Positions 27,425-38,466 are shown, counted from the first letter of the stretch. The stretch is DNA of 64,000 nt from Prevotella sp. (GCA_031285625.1 JAITVV010000080.1:1-64000); one strand, 5' to 3'. Notes: a model not told the origin generated them from the letters alone. Numbers and translations are program-made.

Positions 27425-29938
27425 ATGGAAAATAATTTTTCACAAAGAGTCCGCAAGATCATGAGCTACAGCCGTGAAGAAGCCGGACGTTTGCAAACCA
27501 ATTATCTGGCGCCCGAACATTTGATGCTTGGAATTCTCCGCAACGGAGATGGATTAGCCATACAGGCATTAAAGGATTTTGGGATAGATTTGGTTGAATT
27601 AAAAGACAGTATTGATAATAACATATTAAAGCAACAGGAGGATGCATACCCAAACAGTGAGATCGTATTAAGCAAAAGCACTGAAAAGATTTTGAAAATG
27701 AGTATATTGGAAGCGCGACTAACAAAAAGTCAGGAAACTGATTCGGAGCACTTACTTCTTGCCATTTTGAAAGATCATGACAATGTTGCTGCAGCACTGT
27801 TGGAAGAATATCATATGGATTATAACGGAGCTTTCACTTATATTAAAAGTATGGGTGATATAATGCACAACAATAGCAAACAGTCGCCCCGAATGGGAGC
27901 GGACTTTACTGATGACGATGATGAGGATGAAGAACCAATAAACGGTAATTCGAATGTAGGTACACAACAACCTCGTCAGGCTACAGATACACCTGTACTC
28001 GATAATTTTGGTATAGATATGACAAAAGCGGCTTTGGAAAACAAACTTGATCCAATTGTAGGCCGTGAGAAAGAAATAGAACGTTTGGCACAGATACTGA
28101 GCCGCCGCAAGAAAAATAATCCTATATTGATAGGTGAACCGGGAGTCGGTAAATCTGCGATAGTGGAAGGTCTGGCTTTGCGTATTACGCAGAAAAAAGT
28201 ATCCCGTGTGTTATTTGACAAACGTGTGATTGCCCTTGATATGGCATCAGTAGTAGCCGGAACAAAGTACCGTGGACAATTTGAAGAACGTATCAAAGCG
28301 ATACTGAATGAGTTGTCTAAAAATCCGAATATCATCTTATTCATAGACGAAATACATACAATTGTAGGAGCAGGTGGAGCTACAGGCTCACTGGATGCCG
28401 CTAATATGTTGAAGCCGGCTTTAGCCCGTGGAGAAATACAATGTATCGGTGCAACTACTTTGGATGAATATCGTAAGAATATAGAAAAAGACGGAGCTTT
28501 GGAACGCCGTTTCCAAAAAGTGATGGTGGATCCTACTACTGCTGAAGAAACATTGCAGATATTACATAATATCAAGGATCGTTACGAAGAACATCATAAT
28601 GTAAAATATACAGAAGGCGCACTCGAAGCTTGTGTGAAGCTGACTGACAGATACATTACAGACCGTAACTTCCCTGATAAAGCTATTGATGCATTAGATG
28701 AAGCGGGTTCTCGTATGCATATTGCAAACATACAGGTACCTAAGGAAATCGAAGATATCGAGGCAGAATTGAAAGGTGTAATAGAGCAAAAAGGAGAAGC
28801 TGTAAAAGCTCAGAAATACGAGTTGGCTGCTAGCTTTAGAGATACACAACGTCAACTAATGGCCAAACTGGACACTGCTGAGGCAGAATGGAAGGCTTCG
28901 TTGAAGGAAAAACCTGAAACAGTGGACGCAGAAATGGTTGCCGAGGTAGTATCTATGATGTCCGGAGTGCCTGTACAGCGTATTGGTGAATCGGAAGGAT
29001 TGAAGCTTGTGGGTATGAAGGATAGCTTAAAAGCTGCCGTAGTAGGACAAGACGAAGCCGTAAATAAAATTGTAAAAGCAATACAACGTAATCGTATAGG
29101 TCTGAAAGACCCTAACCGCCCGATAGGTTCGTTTATGTTCCTTGGGCCAACAGGAGTTGGTAAGACGCACTTAGCTAAGAAGATTGCCGAACAGTTGTTT
29201 GACTCTGCAGATGCGCTTATCCGTATAGATATGAGCGAGTACATGGAGAAATTCAATGTATCGCGCTTGGTCGGAGCACCTCCGGGATACGTAGGATATG
29301 AAGAAGGTGGATTGTTGAGCGAAAAGGTACGCCGTAAACCATATTCGGTAGTATTGTTAGACGAAATCGAGAAAGCTCACCCTGATGTATACAATATATT
29401 GCTTCAGGTAATGGATGAAGGTCACTTGACCGACAGCATGGGGCGAAAGATCGATTTTAAAAATACGATACTGATTATGACATCCAATGTTGGTACACGC
29501 CAGCTGAAAGATTTCGGTGGAGGTATCGGATTTAACAGACAGTCTGCTGCCAATAGGGAATATTCGAGAAGTGTACTTCAAAAAGCGCTGAATAAAACTT
29601 TCTCTCCTGAATTTCTTAACCGTGTAGATGATATAATTACATTCGATCAGTTGGATAAAACATCTATTGAAAAAATCATTGATATCGAATTGAAAGGCTT
29701 CTACAAACGTATGGAAGAATTGGGTTATACAATAGACCTGAATCAGGATGCTAAAAATTTTCTAGCAGACAAAGGTTATGATGTACAGTTCGGAGCTCGC
29801 CCTTTAAAACGTGCTATCCAAAACTATGTAGAGGATGAGATAGCTGAGTTGATCTTATCGGGGGCTGTAAAAGAAGGTGGTACAATAACTTTCGAAGTAG
29901 ATAAAGAAAATGATAAGCTCAAAGCAATGATAAAATAA
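27425..29938 (+). CDS. clpC: ATP-dependent Clp protease ATP-binding subunit
   Basis: Two Clp-N repeats, GEPGVGKS and GPTGVGKT Walker A motifs, UVR coiled coil, RIDMSEY, GARPL. Confidence 0.95.
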   Translation: MENNFSQRVRKIMSYSREEAGRLQTNYLAPEHLMLGILRNGDGLAIQALKDFGIDLVELKDSIDNNILKQQEDAYPNSEIVLSKSTEKILKMSILEARLTKSQETDSEHLLLAILKDHDNVAAALLEEYHMDYNGAFTYIKSMGDIMHNNSKQSPRMGADFTDDDDEDEEPINGNSNVGTQQPRQATDTPVLDNFGIDMTKAALENKLDPIVGREKEIERLAQILSRRKKNNPILIGEPGVGKSAIVEGLALRITQKKVSRVLFDKRVIALDMASVVAGTKYRGQFEERIKAILNELSKNPNIILFIDEIHTIVGAGGATGSLDAANMLKPALARGEIQCIGATTLDEYRKNIEKDGALERRFQKVMVDPTTAEETLQILHNIKDRYEEHHNVKYTEGALEACVKLTDRYITDRNFPDKAIDALDEAGSRMHIANIQVPKEIEDIEAELKGVIEQKGEAVKAQKYELAASFRDTQRQLMAKLDTAEAEWKASLKEKPETVDAEMVAEVVSMMSGVPVQRIGESEGLKLVGMKDSLKAAVVGQDEAVNKIVKAIQRNRIGLKDPNRPIGSFMFLGPTGVGKTHLAKKIAEQLFDSADALIRIDMSEYMEKFNVSRLVGAPPGYVGYEEGGLLSEKVRRKPYSVVLLDEIEKAHPDVYNILLQVMDEGHLTDSMGRKIDFKNTILIMTSNVGTRQLKDFGGGIGFNRQSAANREYSRSVLQKALNKTFSPEFLNRVDDIITFDQLDKTSIEKIIDIELKGFYKRMEELGYTIDLNQDAKNFLADKGYDVQFGARPLKRAIQNYVEDEIAELILSGAVKEGGTITFEVDKENDKLKAMIK

Positions 29939-29952
29939 GAATTTACATATTG

Positions 29953-30037
29953 AAAAGAGGATGAATGATTATTCATCCTCTTTTTTGTTTATTGGTGATG
30001 GCATAAAAAAGCCGGAAAATAACTCTTCCGGCTTTTT
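29953..30037. terminator. Two back-to-back terminators (clpC, gdhA)
   Basis: AAAAGAGGATGAAT..ATTCATCCTCTTTT and AAAAAGCCGGAA..TTCCGGCTTTTT. Confidence 0.85.
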
Positions 30038-30054
30038 CTATATTAGATCGGTTA

Positions 30055-31389
30055 TTATATAATTCCCTGTGCCATTACAGCTTTGGCAACTTTCATAAAG
30101 CCTGCTATATTTGCACCTTTCACATAGTTTACATATCCGTCTTTTTCAGTACCGTATTTAACGCAGTTCTCATGGATATTCTGCATGATCCATTTCAGTT
30201 TTTCATCTACTTGTTCCGACGACCAGCTAAGACGCTCAGAGTTTTGAGTCATTTCTAATCCTGAAACTGATACTCCACCAGCATTTGCTGCTTTACCCGG
30301 AGCATATAATATTTTAGCTTGTTGGAATACTTCAATCGCTTCAGGTGTTGAAGGCATGTTTGCTCCTTCCGAAACTGCAATTACCCCATTTGCTACTAGT
30401 TTTTTAGCATCATCACCATTAATTTCATTCTGGGTGGCAGATGGTAATGCTATATCCCCTTTTTCACCCCAAGGACGGGCTGCAGGCACATATTTGCAGC
30501 CGTAAGTCTCTGCATATTCGCTGATGCGGCCTCTGTAGAGTTCTTTCAATTCCTTTACATATTCCAGCTTCTCGGTTGTGATACCTTCCGGATCATATAT
30601 ATATCCACTCGAGTCTGATAAAGTTACAGGGATTGCTCCCAATTCTATCAGTTTTTCGCATGTGTACTGAGCCACATTACCCGAACCTGAAACAAGGCAC
30701 TTTTTACCTTTGATATCTATATTTTTTGTTTTTAGCATTTCAAGAAGGAAGTATACATTTCCGTAACCTGTAGCTTCCGGACGGATAAGGGATCCTCCAA
30801 ATGTTAATCCTTTTCCGGTGAAAGTTCCGGTAAACTCACGTGTAAGTTTGCGATACATTCCAAACATGTAACCTACCTCACGACCTCCTACTCCAATGTC
30901 ACCTGCCGGTACATCTGTGTCCGGGCCTATGTGGCGCCAAAGTTCGGTAATGAATGCCTGACAAAAACGCATAACTTCAGCACTTGATTTTCCTTTTGGG
31001 TTGAAGTCAGAACCACCTTTTCCACCACCCATCGGTAATGTTGTTAGTGAATTCTTGAATGTTTGCTCAAATGCAAGGAATTTCAATATTGATGGATTTA
31101 CTGATGCATGCAGGCGTAAGCCTCCTTTGTATGGGCCTATTGCATTGCAATGCTGTATCCGGTATCCCATATTGGTATGAGTATTGCCTTTGTCGTCGAC
31201 CCAAGTTACACGGAACGAGAAAATACGATCGGGAATACATAGCCTCTCGATTAGGTTTGCTTTCTCAAATTCAGGGTGTTGATTGTAAACTTCTTCAATG
31301 GACTCTAATACTTCCTGGACAGCCTGATGGTATTCAGGTTCGTTCGGGAATCTACGCTTTAAATCTTCTAAAACTAATTCTGCTTTCAT
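30055..31389 (-). CDS. gdhA: NAD(P)-specific glutamate dehydrogenase
   Basis: GPYKGGLR, MGGGKGG, DVPAGDIGVG, RPEATGYG, GSGNVA. Confidence 0.97.
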   Translation of the reverse strand: MKAELVLEDLKRRFPNEPEYHQAVQEVLESIEEVYNQHPEFEKANLIERLCIPDRIFSFRVTWVDDKGNTHTNMGYRIQHCNAIGPYKGGLRLHASVNPSILKFLAFEQTFKNSLTTLPMGGGKGGSDFNPKGKSSAEVMRFCQAFITELWRHIGPDTDVPAGDIGVGGREVGYMFGMYRKLTREFTGTFTGKGLTFGGSLIRPEATGYGNVYFLLEMLKTKNIDIKGKKCLVSGSGNVAQYTCEKLIELGAIPVTLSDSSGYIYDPEGITTEKLEYVKELKELYRGRISEYAETYGCKYVPAARPWGEKGDIALPSATQNEINGDDAKKLVANGVIAVSEGANMPSTPEAIEVFQQAKILYAPGKAANAGGVSVSGLEMTQNSERLSWSSEQVDEKLKWIMQNIHENCVKYGTEKDGYVNYVKGANIAGFMKVAKAVMAQGII

Positions 31390-31599
31390 TCTAAAAAATG
31401 GATTTTGATTTATGGATGTTGCAAAAATATGAAAAAAATATCTATTTGTTAAATATTTCAGTTGAAAAGTGACATTTTTTTATTCTTGGTGTTGCGGGAT
31501 AAATAAAAATAACCTACATAATTATGATGCAGATGTTTTTAATGTTGTTTTTTTCTTATTTTTGTGATGTAATGTATTTTTAATAATTAGAATATAAAA

Positions 31600-32736
31600 A
31601 TGACTTATTTAATCACAGGCGGAGCCGGATTCATCGGCTCAAATTTTGTGAAGCACATGTTGGCAACACATCCTCAGGCAAAGCTTATTGTTTTTGATGC
31701 ACTTACTTATGCAGGAAATTTGGGAACTTTGGTCGAAGAACTGAAAGACCCACGTGTTGTTTTTGTAAAAGGAGATATCTGTGATAGGGAAGCAACTGAA
31801 AAAGTTTTCTCTGAACACAAAATAGATTTTGTTGTCAATTTTGCTGCCGAAAGCCATGTTGATAGAAGTATTGAGAATCCTCAACTGTTTTTACAAGTAA
31901 ATGTGCTGGGTACACAAAATTTGTTAGATACAGCTAAAAAATTCTGGACGGAAGGTAAAGATGAAAATAATTACCCTATCTGGCGCGAAGGAGTAAAATT
32001 TCTTCAAGTATCTACAGATGAGGTTTACGGATCGTTAGGCGATGAAGGTTACTTTACTGAAACTACCCCGTTAGATCCCCGTTCTCCATATAGTGCAGGT
32101 AAAACAGGTGGAGACCTTATTGTAAAAGCATATGGCGAAACATATAAAATGCCAATAAATATAACACGTTGTTCCAATAATTACGGACCATACCATTTCC
32201 CTGAAAAATTGATACCGCTTATTATCCGAAATATTCTAGCAGGTAAGCAATTACCTGTTTACGGAGATGGAAGTAATGTGCGTGACTGGTTATATGTAGA
32301 AGATCATTGTAAAGCTATTGATGTGGTTCTTCATAAAGGACGTATCGACGAGGTTTACAATGTAGGCGGACATAATGAGTGGAAAAATATAGATATTGTA
32401 AAACTCGTAATCAAAACAATACATGATATAATGGAACAAGAGCCAAAATATCGTGAAGTATTGAAAAAGAAAGAAAAATCTGCTGACGGTAGTATTGATA
32501 TTTCCTGGATAAATAATGATCTTATATCTTTTGTAAAGGACAGGCAGGGACATGATCAACGTTATGCAATAGATCCTACCAAAATATCTACCGAATTAGG
32601 CTGGTTACCGGAAACTTCTTTCGATAAAGGTATTGTGAAAACAATTTACTGGTATCTCGATAACCAACATTGGGTAGAGGAGGTAACTTCGGGCGATTAT
32701 ATGAAGTACTATGAACAGATGTACGGAAACAGATAA
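31600..32736 (+). CDS. rfbB: dTDP-glucose 4,6-dehydratase
   Basis: TGGAGFIGSN, FAAESHVDRSI, STDEVYG, YSAGK, NNYGP, GHDQRYA. Confidence 0.95.
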   Translation: MTYLITGGAGFIGSNFVKHMLATHPQAKLIVFDALTYAGNLGTLVEELKDPRVVFVKGDICDREATEKVFSEHKIDFVVNFAAESHVDRSIENPQLFLQVNVLGTQNLLDTAKKFWTEGKDENNYPIWREGVKFLQVSTDEVYGSLGDEGYFTETTPLDPRSPYSAGKTGGDLIVKAYGETYKMPINITRCSNNYGPYHFPEKLIPLIIRNILAGKQLPVYGDGSNVRDWLYVEDHCKAIDVVLHKGRIDEVYNVGGHNEWKNIDIVKLVIKTIHDIMEQEPKYREVLKKKEKSADGSIDISWINNDLISFVKDRQGHDQRYAIDPTKISTELGWLPETSFDKGIVKTIYWYLDNQHWVEEVTSGDYMKYYEQMYGNR

Positions 32737-32750
32737 TACCAGCCTGTTCT

Positions 32751-33620
32751 ATGGAACGTTTAAAATCTATATTAGCGGATAAGGTGCTTGATTTGTCTTC
32801 GGAAAGTGGAGATGCTGTGAAAGTAAAGATAGATAGAATCCAGCGCTTTCGTGATTTTGCAAATGCCCTGAAATCCCTTATGGTTAAATACCCTGCTATC
32901 GAGGATGAGCTGATTACAATGGTTGAAGATGGTGATTTTGATACAAAAGTAGCTTCTTCTCGCGTTGATACAGTAATACGGTTAGCAGATACTGAGGCAG
33001 CTCAGATAAATAAGGTTGCACCAATTCAATTAGACCAAATTCAAATTGAAGAATCTGTTGTAATATCTGAAGATGAAAAGGAACCTGATACTTTTATTGA
33101 AGAGGATTTAAGAGCAAAGACACTCGGCTCTGAATTAACGGAATATACCAGTCCTGATGATATTCCAATGGAAGTCTACAGAGGTAATGAAGAACCTTTG
33201 TATCGGCAGGAGGATATTGATAATGAAGCATCAGATGATTCTGTTGAATCGGAAAATGAATATATTACTTATGCAAATGTAGAAGAGGAGGACCCCAATA
33301 CTGAAGTAATAGAAGAGCAGTCAGTCAGCTATGAAGATAGTGAAAATTTGAAATCAGAAACTGATACGATTACTGAAGATATATTGGAATCGGAAGAGGA
33401 AAATCAAGCAGAAGATATAACTTTAACCGAAGAAGAAAAAGCTGCGAGAAGAAAAGTTATAATTAAAAGAGTTATTCAGGTTACCGGAATTATTCTGGCA
33501 GTAGTTATACTTATCTTTATCATTAAATTTGTTATGAGTCATTGGCAGGCTGTCCTGGTTATTGGCGGTATTGTTATTGTACTCGTTATATTATTTGTTT
33601 GGCTTAAGCGAAAGCGTTAG
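32751..33620 (+). CDS. Hypothetical protein: acidic low-complexity body and two C-terminal TM helices
   Basis: Very E/D-rich middle; two hydrophobic segments; KRKR tail. Confidence 0.75.
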   Translation: MERLKSILADKVLDLSSESGDAVKVKIDRIQRFRDFANALKSLMVKYPAIEDELITMVEDGDFDTKVASSRVDTVIRLADTEAAQINKVAPIQLDQIQIEESVVISEDEKEPDTFIEEDLRAKTLGSELTEYTSPDDIPMEVYRGNEEPLYRQEDIDNEASDDSVESENEYITYANVEEEDPNTEVIEEQSVSYEDSENLKSETDTITEDILESEEENQAEDITLTEEEKAARRKVIIKRVIQVTGIILAVVILIFIIKFVMSHWQAVLVIGGIVIVLVILFVWLKRKR

Positions 33621-33650
33621 TCGAATATTGTTGAATCAATAATCCCAGAA

Positions 33651-34658
33651 ATGGACTATTATAGGCAAACCCAGTTAAAAGATTACAATTCATTTAAAAC
33701 AGAAGCTCAGGCTAAAATATTTTGTAAGCCCAGCACTATTCAAGAGCTTCGTCAGTGTTTATCAGATTTTCCAGACGAAAAAAAACTCATTATCGGGGGA
33801 GGATGTAACATCTTCTTTACGAAAGACTTTGACGGATTGGTTATTCATCCGTATATAAAAGGCCTTCGCGAAATATCGGATGAGGAAGAAGAGGATGAGG
33901 ATATATTTCTTGAGGTAAATGCTTCTGAAGATTGGGATGAGTTTGTAGCTTATTGCGTAGAGCGGGGATTTGCCGGACTTGAGAACCTTTCATATATCCC
34001 TGGTACTGTCGGGGCTGCTCCCATACAGAATATTGGAGCTTATGGAGCTGAGGTGAAGGATGTGATTCGTGAAGTAGTGGCTGTAGATATGGAAACTGGA
34101 GAAACAGTTTCTTTCTCTAATGCAGAATGTGAATTTGGCTACAGGGATAGTGTCTTTAAGCGAACAAATAAATATCTTGTTATCTCAGTTGTATTTCACC
34201 TGAAGCGGACATTTGTCTATATTCCTAAGTATGCAGATTTGAACAAAGAACTCGAAGATTTCGAAGAACCTTCTATTCAGGATGTACGTGATGCGGTAAT
34301 ACGTGTCCGTCAGCGGAAATTGCCTGATGAAAAAGTTTTACCAAACGCCGGCAGTTTTTTCAAAAATCCATATATTAGCAAAGAGCAAGCGGATAAGATT
34401 TTGATTGATTATCCTAACTTACCTGCATATCCATTGAAAGATGGTTTGATAAAGACCTCGGCTGCATTTCTTATCGACAAAGCCGGCTATAAAGGTAAGA
34501 GAAATGATAATGTCGGTACGTACCCTAATCAGCCACTTATTATAGTGAATTATGGTACTTCGGATGGTAATGAGATATTGAGCTTTATGCATGAGGTACA
34601 GAAAGCAGTGAAAGATACCTTTGGTATAGAATTAGAACCGGAAGTCAGAATATTTTAA
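33651..34658 (+). CDS. murB: UDP-N-acetylenolpyruvoylglucosamine reductase
   Basis: GGGCN, GLENLSYIPGTVGAAPIQNIGAYG, FGYRDS, NAGSFFKNP, LEPEV. Confidence 0.95.
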   Translation: MDYYRQTQLKDYNSFKTEAQAKIFCKPSTIQELRQCLSDFPDEKKLIIGGGCNIFFTKDFDGLVIHPYIKGLREISDEEEEDEDIFLEVNASEDWDEFVAYCVERGFAGLENLSYIPGTVGAAPIQNIGAYGAEVKDVIREVVAVDMETGETVSFSNAECEFGYRDSVFKRTNKYLVISVVFHLKRTFVYIPKYADLNKELEDFEEPSIQDVRDAVIRVRQRKLPDEKVLPNAGSFFKNPYISKEQADKILIDYPNLPAYPLKDGLIKTSAAFLIDKAGYKGKRNDNVGTYPNQPLIIVNYGTSDGNEILSFMHEVQKAVKDTFGIELEPEVRIF

Positions 34659-34673
34659 CAATAATATAGAAAC

Positions 34674-35978
34674 ATGGCATCATTTATTATAGAAGGAGGT
34701 TGTCACCTCACAGGAGAGATAACACCACAAGGAGCTAAGAACGAAGCATTACAGGTAATATGTGCAACATTACTGACTCCAGAAGAAGTTATAATAGAAA
34801 ATATTCCTGACATATTAGACGTGAATAACTTGATAGCCCTGCTGGGTGAGATGGGAGTAGAAACAAGGCGAATGGGAGAAGATACATGGTCTTTCAAGGC
34901 TGAAAATGTAAATATTGATTATTTGCAGACTCCGGAATTCTTCAAGAAAAGTGCTTCCCTTCGCGGTTCGGTTATGATCATTGGCCCGTTGGTGGCTCGC
35001 TTTGGAAGAGCTATATTGCCAAAACCTGGAGGAGATAAAATAGGCCGTCGCCGTTTAGACACACACTTTATAGGTATACAAAAATTGGGAGCTGATTTTA
35101 ATTATAATGATGCTCAACAGATATACAATATTTCTGCAGACAGGCTTAAAGGAACATATATGTTATTGGATGAGGCTTCGGTGACAGGTACAGCAAACAT
35201 AATTATGGCAGCAGTATTAGCCGAAGGAGAAACAACTATATATAATGCAGCCTGCGAACCATATATACAGCAGCTCTGCCGTATGCTTACCCAGATGGGG
35301 GCAAAAATAGATGGGCAAGGTTCCAATTTGTTACGGATCGAGGGAGTCAAAGTATTATCTGGTGCAAAGCATCGTATCTTGCCGGATATGATCGAGATTG
35401 GTAGCTTTATTGGTATGGCGGCTATTACAGGCTCTGAAGTAACCATAAAAGATGTTGCATATGACGACTTGGGAATAATACCCGATACATTTCAGCGATT
35501 AGGTATCCAGTTGGAACGAAGAGGAGATGATATATATATACCTGCTCAGAAGGAATATACAATAGATACTTTTATAGATGGCTCTATTTTGACTATTGCT
35601 GATGCGCCATGGCCGGGACTAACTCCCGATCTTATAAGTGTATTGCTTGTTGTTGCAACACAAGCTAAGGGTAGTGTGCTGATACATCAGAAAATGTTTG
35701 AAAGCCGTCTATTCTTTGTTGATAAGTTAATTGACATGGGAGCTCAGATAATACTATGCGATCCTCATCGTGCTACGGTTATTGGTACGGGTAAACGCCC
35801 TATGCGTGCTACTACAATGACTTCTCCCGATATTCGTGCGGGAATAGCATTACTTATCGCTGCTATGTGTGCCGATGGTAAAAGTACTATACATAATATT
35901 GAGCAAATAGACCGTGGATATCAGAATATTGATGTCCGTCTTAACCAGTTGGGGGCTAATATTATGAGATTAGATTAA
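34674..35978 (+). CDS. murA: UDP-N-acetylglucosamine 1-carboxyvinyltransferase
   Basis: GAKN, PGGDKIGRR (Asp at the position that is Cys in fosfomycin-sensitive MurA), SVTGT, PDMIE, DIRAG, IDRGY. Confidence 0.95.
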   Translation: MASFIIEGGCHLTGEITPQGAKNEALQVICATLLTPEEVIIENIPDILDVNNLIALLGEMGVETRRMGEDTWSFKAENVNIDYLQTPEFFKKSASLRGSVMIIGPLVARFGRAILPKPGGDKIGRRRLDTHFIGIQKLGADFNYNDAQQIYNISADRLKGTYMLLDEASVTGTANIIMAAVLAEGETTIYNAACEPYIQQLCRMLTQMGAKIDGQGSNLLRIEGVKVLSGAKHRILPDMIEIGSFIGMAAITGSEVTIKDVAYDDLGIIPDTFQRLGIQLERRGDDIYIPAQKEYTIDTFIDGSILTIADAPWPGLTPDLISVLLVVATQAKGSVLIHQKMFESRLFFVDKLIDMGAQIILCDPHRATVIGTGKRPMRATTMTSPDIRAGIALLIAAMCADGKSTIHNIEQIDRGYQNIDVRLNQLGANIMRLD

Positions 35979-36070
35979 AATCAATGTTTTACTTTCACAA
36001 TAAACTTTATTATTTATTACGAATGCACCATTCTTATTCGGGATGGTGAAATGTCTTAATTCTTTACACT

Positions 36071-36712
36071 ATGACAGAAAATGAAAAGTATCTCTTTGAT
36101 CATTTCCTTATTAGTATAAAATCAGGATTTGAGTCTTTAGATGATATTATTACTGATGCCCTCGAAGCTGTAGAAGACGAAGGGTGGGAGAGTGAAATCT
36201 CAGAGGAGTGGATCAAGGAAACCTTAAGTATTCAATATGCAAAAAATGAGGCTGAAAGCAAAGACTGGATACACCCTACCGATACTGAAAAATTGCATAC
36301 AGTCTTTGATAATCTTTGTAAACAGAAAATAGTAGCACTTCACAATGCAGGCTATACGCAGTCAGATGCTATCTATGATGTTCAAGACGTTTGGCAGGAT
36401 TTAGAAGATAATGGGATAAAACCTGTTGGCTATTGCTATTACCATGGACAGGACCTAGAGCGTGTAATAGAAACAGGTACTCTTTGTATTGGCTTTTATG
36501 GAGAAAAAGAAAAGAATGACAAAGAAGCCATTATTATAGGGCATAAGATTGTTTCTCTTTTAAAAGAACAAGGATTCACTATCGAATGGGATGGATCAGC
36601 TTCAAAAAGGATTGAAATTCATGATTTCAACTGGCAAAATCTTTTTACATCAGATGAAGATGTAGAAGATAAATGGGGCTATGATCGTGTTTTGGAATTG
36701 ATGGAAGAATAA
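36071..36712 (+). CDS. Hypothetical protein (DUF6891-like)
   Basis: ALHNAGYTQSD..GYCYYHGQDLER..W.G....I pattern; family name recalled, not searched. Confidence 0.6.
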   Translation: MTENEKYLFDHFLISIKSGFESLDDIITDALEAVEDEGWESEISEEWIKETLSIQYAKNEAESKDWIHPTDTEKLHTVFDNLCKQKIVALHNAGYTQSDAIYDVQDVWQDLEDNGIKPVGYCYYHGQDLERVIETGTLCIGFYGEKEKNDKEAIIIGHKIVSLLKEQGFTIEWDGSASKRIEIHDFNWQNLFTSDEDVEDKWGYDRVLELMEE

Positions 36713-36718
36713 TATTTA

Positions 36719-36758
36719 TACAATAAGAAGTGTTAAATAAATAACACTTCTTATTGTA
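36719..36758. terminator. Perfect 17-bp hairpin between convergent genes
   Basis: TACAATAAGAAGTGTTA-aataaa-TAACACTTCTTATTGTA. Confidence 0.75.
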
Positions 36759-36777
36759 GTATGGTAGTAGTCAAACT

Positions 36778-38190
36778 TTACTCAGCTGTAATTTCCTCTG
36801 CATATATCCAGCATTTGGTTTTCGGATAATCTGCAAACTTCCTGTTGGGTGCTCCAAAAAAAAATGAATAACGATATATCCTTTTAGTATTATCTGTAGG
36901 AGTGAATATCAATTGCCGATATTCCGGTTTTGCACTGTAATATACATCCGGATTCCCGTGTGTAGCCCAACTTTTTGTTACAGTATGATTATTGCTGGAC
37001 CGATTGGGGGCTCCTCCCCCTGCATTATAAGCAACAGTATGCATAATCATAACATTGTCATTCCCTGATGAATATACGGTGCCGTTATGTTTTATTTGAA
37101 TATCTGTATAATCCAAATTTTCATTTGATTTAGCATAGAATCTCAGTGAATATCTTCCATCAAATGTAGTTACAGCAAATTCTGCACCCCCACTTGTCGG
37201 TGTCATAGGTCCAAGATACGTCCGAGTCTCAAAAGAAGCTCCACCATGTCCGACTTTTGCTTCGCAGTTTTTTCCTAAAAATGATACTGGAAATACAGTT
37301 TCAACAGGGGAAGATGCTTTTGGTTTGCCCGTTACGGCATATGTTATTCTACCATTACCATATTCCAGGGTACCGGGTTGTAACGTATAATATAATCCAT
37401 TGATGGGTCCTAGCTTTTCTCCTCCCGAATAAGATGCTCCATTTCCACCTGTATATGGTATCTCCATAACTCCATTATATTCCTGATCTAAATTATATCT
37501 GGAAGGGCTTAACTGGGCATTATTACATAACAAAGCTTCTATTGCCGGAGGATTGGTTTTGCGGTCTGCAAGCATGAACCAGGATGTCTTGTTCCAGTAG
37601 AGAAAACCTTTTACAGCAAAATCTTTATGTTCGCCAGTATTGTAAACAAGTAGTCCTTCTGCCGGATTTGGTATTGTTTCTACATCGGTAGAGCTCTTTA
37701 GAGTTACACGAGGAAGTAATACCCCTTTATTCTTAGATACAACATTAAAGGCAGCTGAAGGATCTCCGTTGGATGTGCCTACACTGACTCGTCCCATTTG
37801 AAATATGTCTTGATTGTTTCTGGTGGGAATACTATCTCCATGGATATCATGATTGGAAACCCTCCATGGACTTACAATATCAAGTCTTGCCCATGTTGTG
37901 CCATTCCAGTACTCAACAGAGTTAGTTTTAATATCATATACTGTGAGTCCTTTTGCTTTTTCGATTTCATCTTCGTTTGTTAGCTCATCCAAGTCAAGAC
38001 CTAGTTTTTCATCTGTTGTCAACTGGGGCAGTCTGATTCCCCCTTTAGTAGTAAGGGTAGATAATTCTAAAATGGAAAATCTTTGGGGTTCAATCCCATC
38101 ACCAATAGTAACCTGGGCGTGTAATTTTGTGCTGCATGCTATCATAAAAGATAGGATCAGCAGGGCATTCTTTGTTAGTTTTGTTCTCAT
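36778..38190 (-). CDS. Secreted repeat protein of the 'AQVTIG' type, possibly surface or fibre-like
   Basis: Signal peptide ending LHA-Q; two homologous units (..KGG/GV.LP....GL.VY....YWN...W). Confidence 0.7.
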   Translation of the reverse strand: MRTKLTKNALLILSFMIACSTKLHAQVTIGDGIEPQRFSILELSTLTTKGGIRLPQLTTDEKLGLDLDELTNEDEIEKAKGLTVYDIKTNSVEYWNGTTWARLDIVSPWRVSNHDIHGDSIPTRNNQDIFQMGRVSVGTSNGDPSAAFNVVSKNKGVLLPRVTLKSSTDVETIPNPAEGLLVYNTGEHKDFAVKGFLYWNKTSWFMLADRKTNPPAIEALLCNNAQLSPSRYNLDQEYNGVMEIPYTGGNGASYSGGEKLGPINGLYYTLQPGTLEYGNGRITYAVTGKPKASSPVETVFPVSFLGKNCEAKVGHGGASFETRTYLGPMTPTSGGAEFAVTTFDGRYSLRFYAKSNENLDYTDIQIKHNGTVYSSGNDNVMIMHTVAYNAGGGAPNRSSNNHTVTKSWATHGNPDVYYSAKPEYRQLIFTPTDNTKRIYRYSFFFGAPNRKFADYPKTKCWIYAEEITAE

Positions 38191-38436
38191 TATTATTCTA
38201 TTAAATACAAATTCATATAATCACAAGTCTGTGTGTTTATGAGTGTAATTTTTAATAGAAGTATTCAGGAAAATGAATTAGCAAAGGCATTTATAGTTAC
38301 TAAATCATTTCACATATTTTTCTTAGAGGCTGCAAATATAGAGATAATTTATAAAAAACAAAAAAAAATAAGAAATTTAAATGTGTTAGTTTGACTTTTT
38401 GTTATTGCTTTGTTCTTTTTTCTCGTGATATATAAA

Positions 38437-38466
38437 TATAAGCAGCCGGAGAGGGCTGCTTATATA
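38437..38466 (-). terminator. Terminator of pncB copy 2
   Basis: TATAAGCAGCC..GGCTGCTTATA. Confidence 0.65.

Noticed and set aside
27258-27464. 68-aa ORF upstream of clpC
   Set aside because: Overlaps the clpC promoter (TATATTTG at ~27384) and start; AT-rich with no protein-like features
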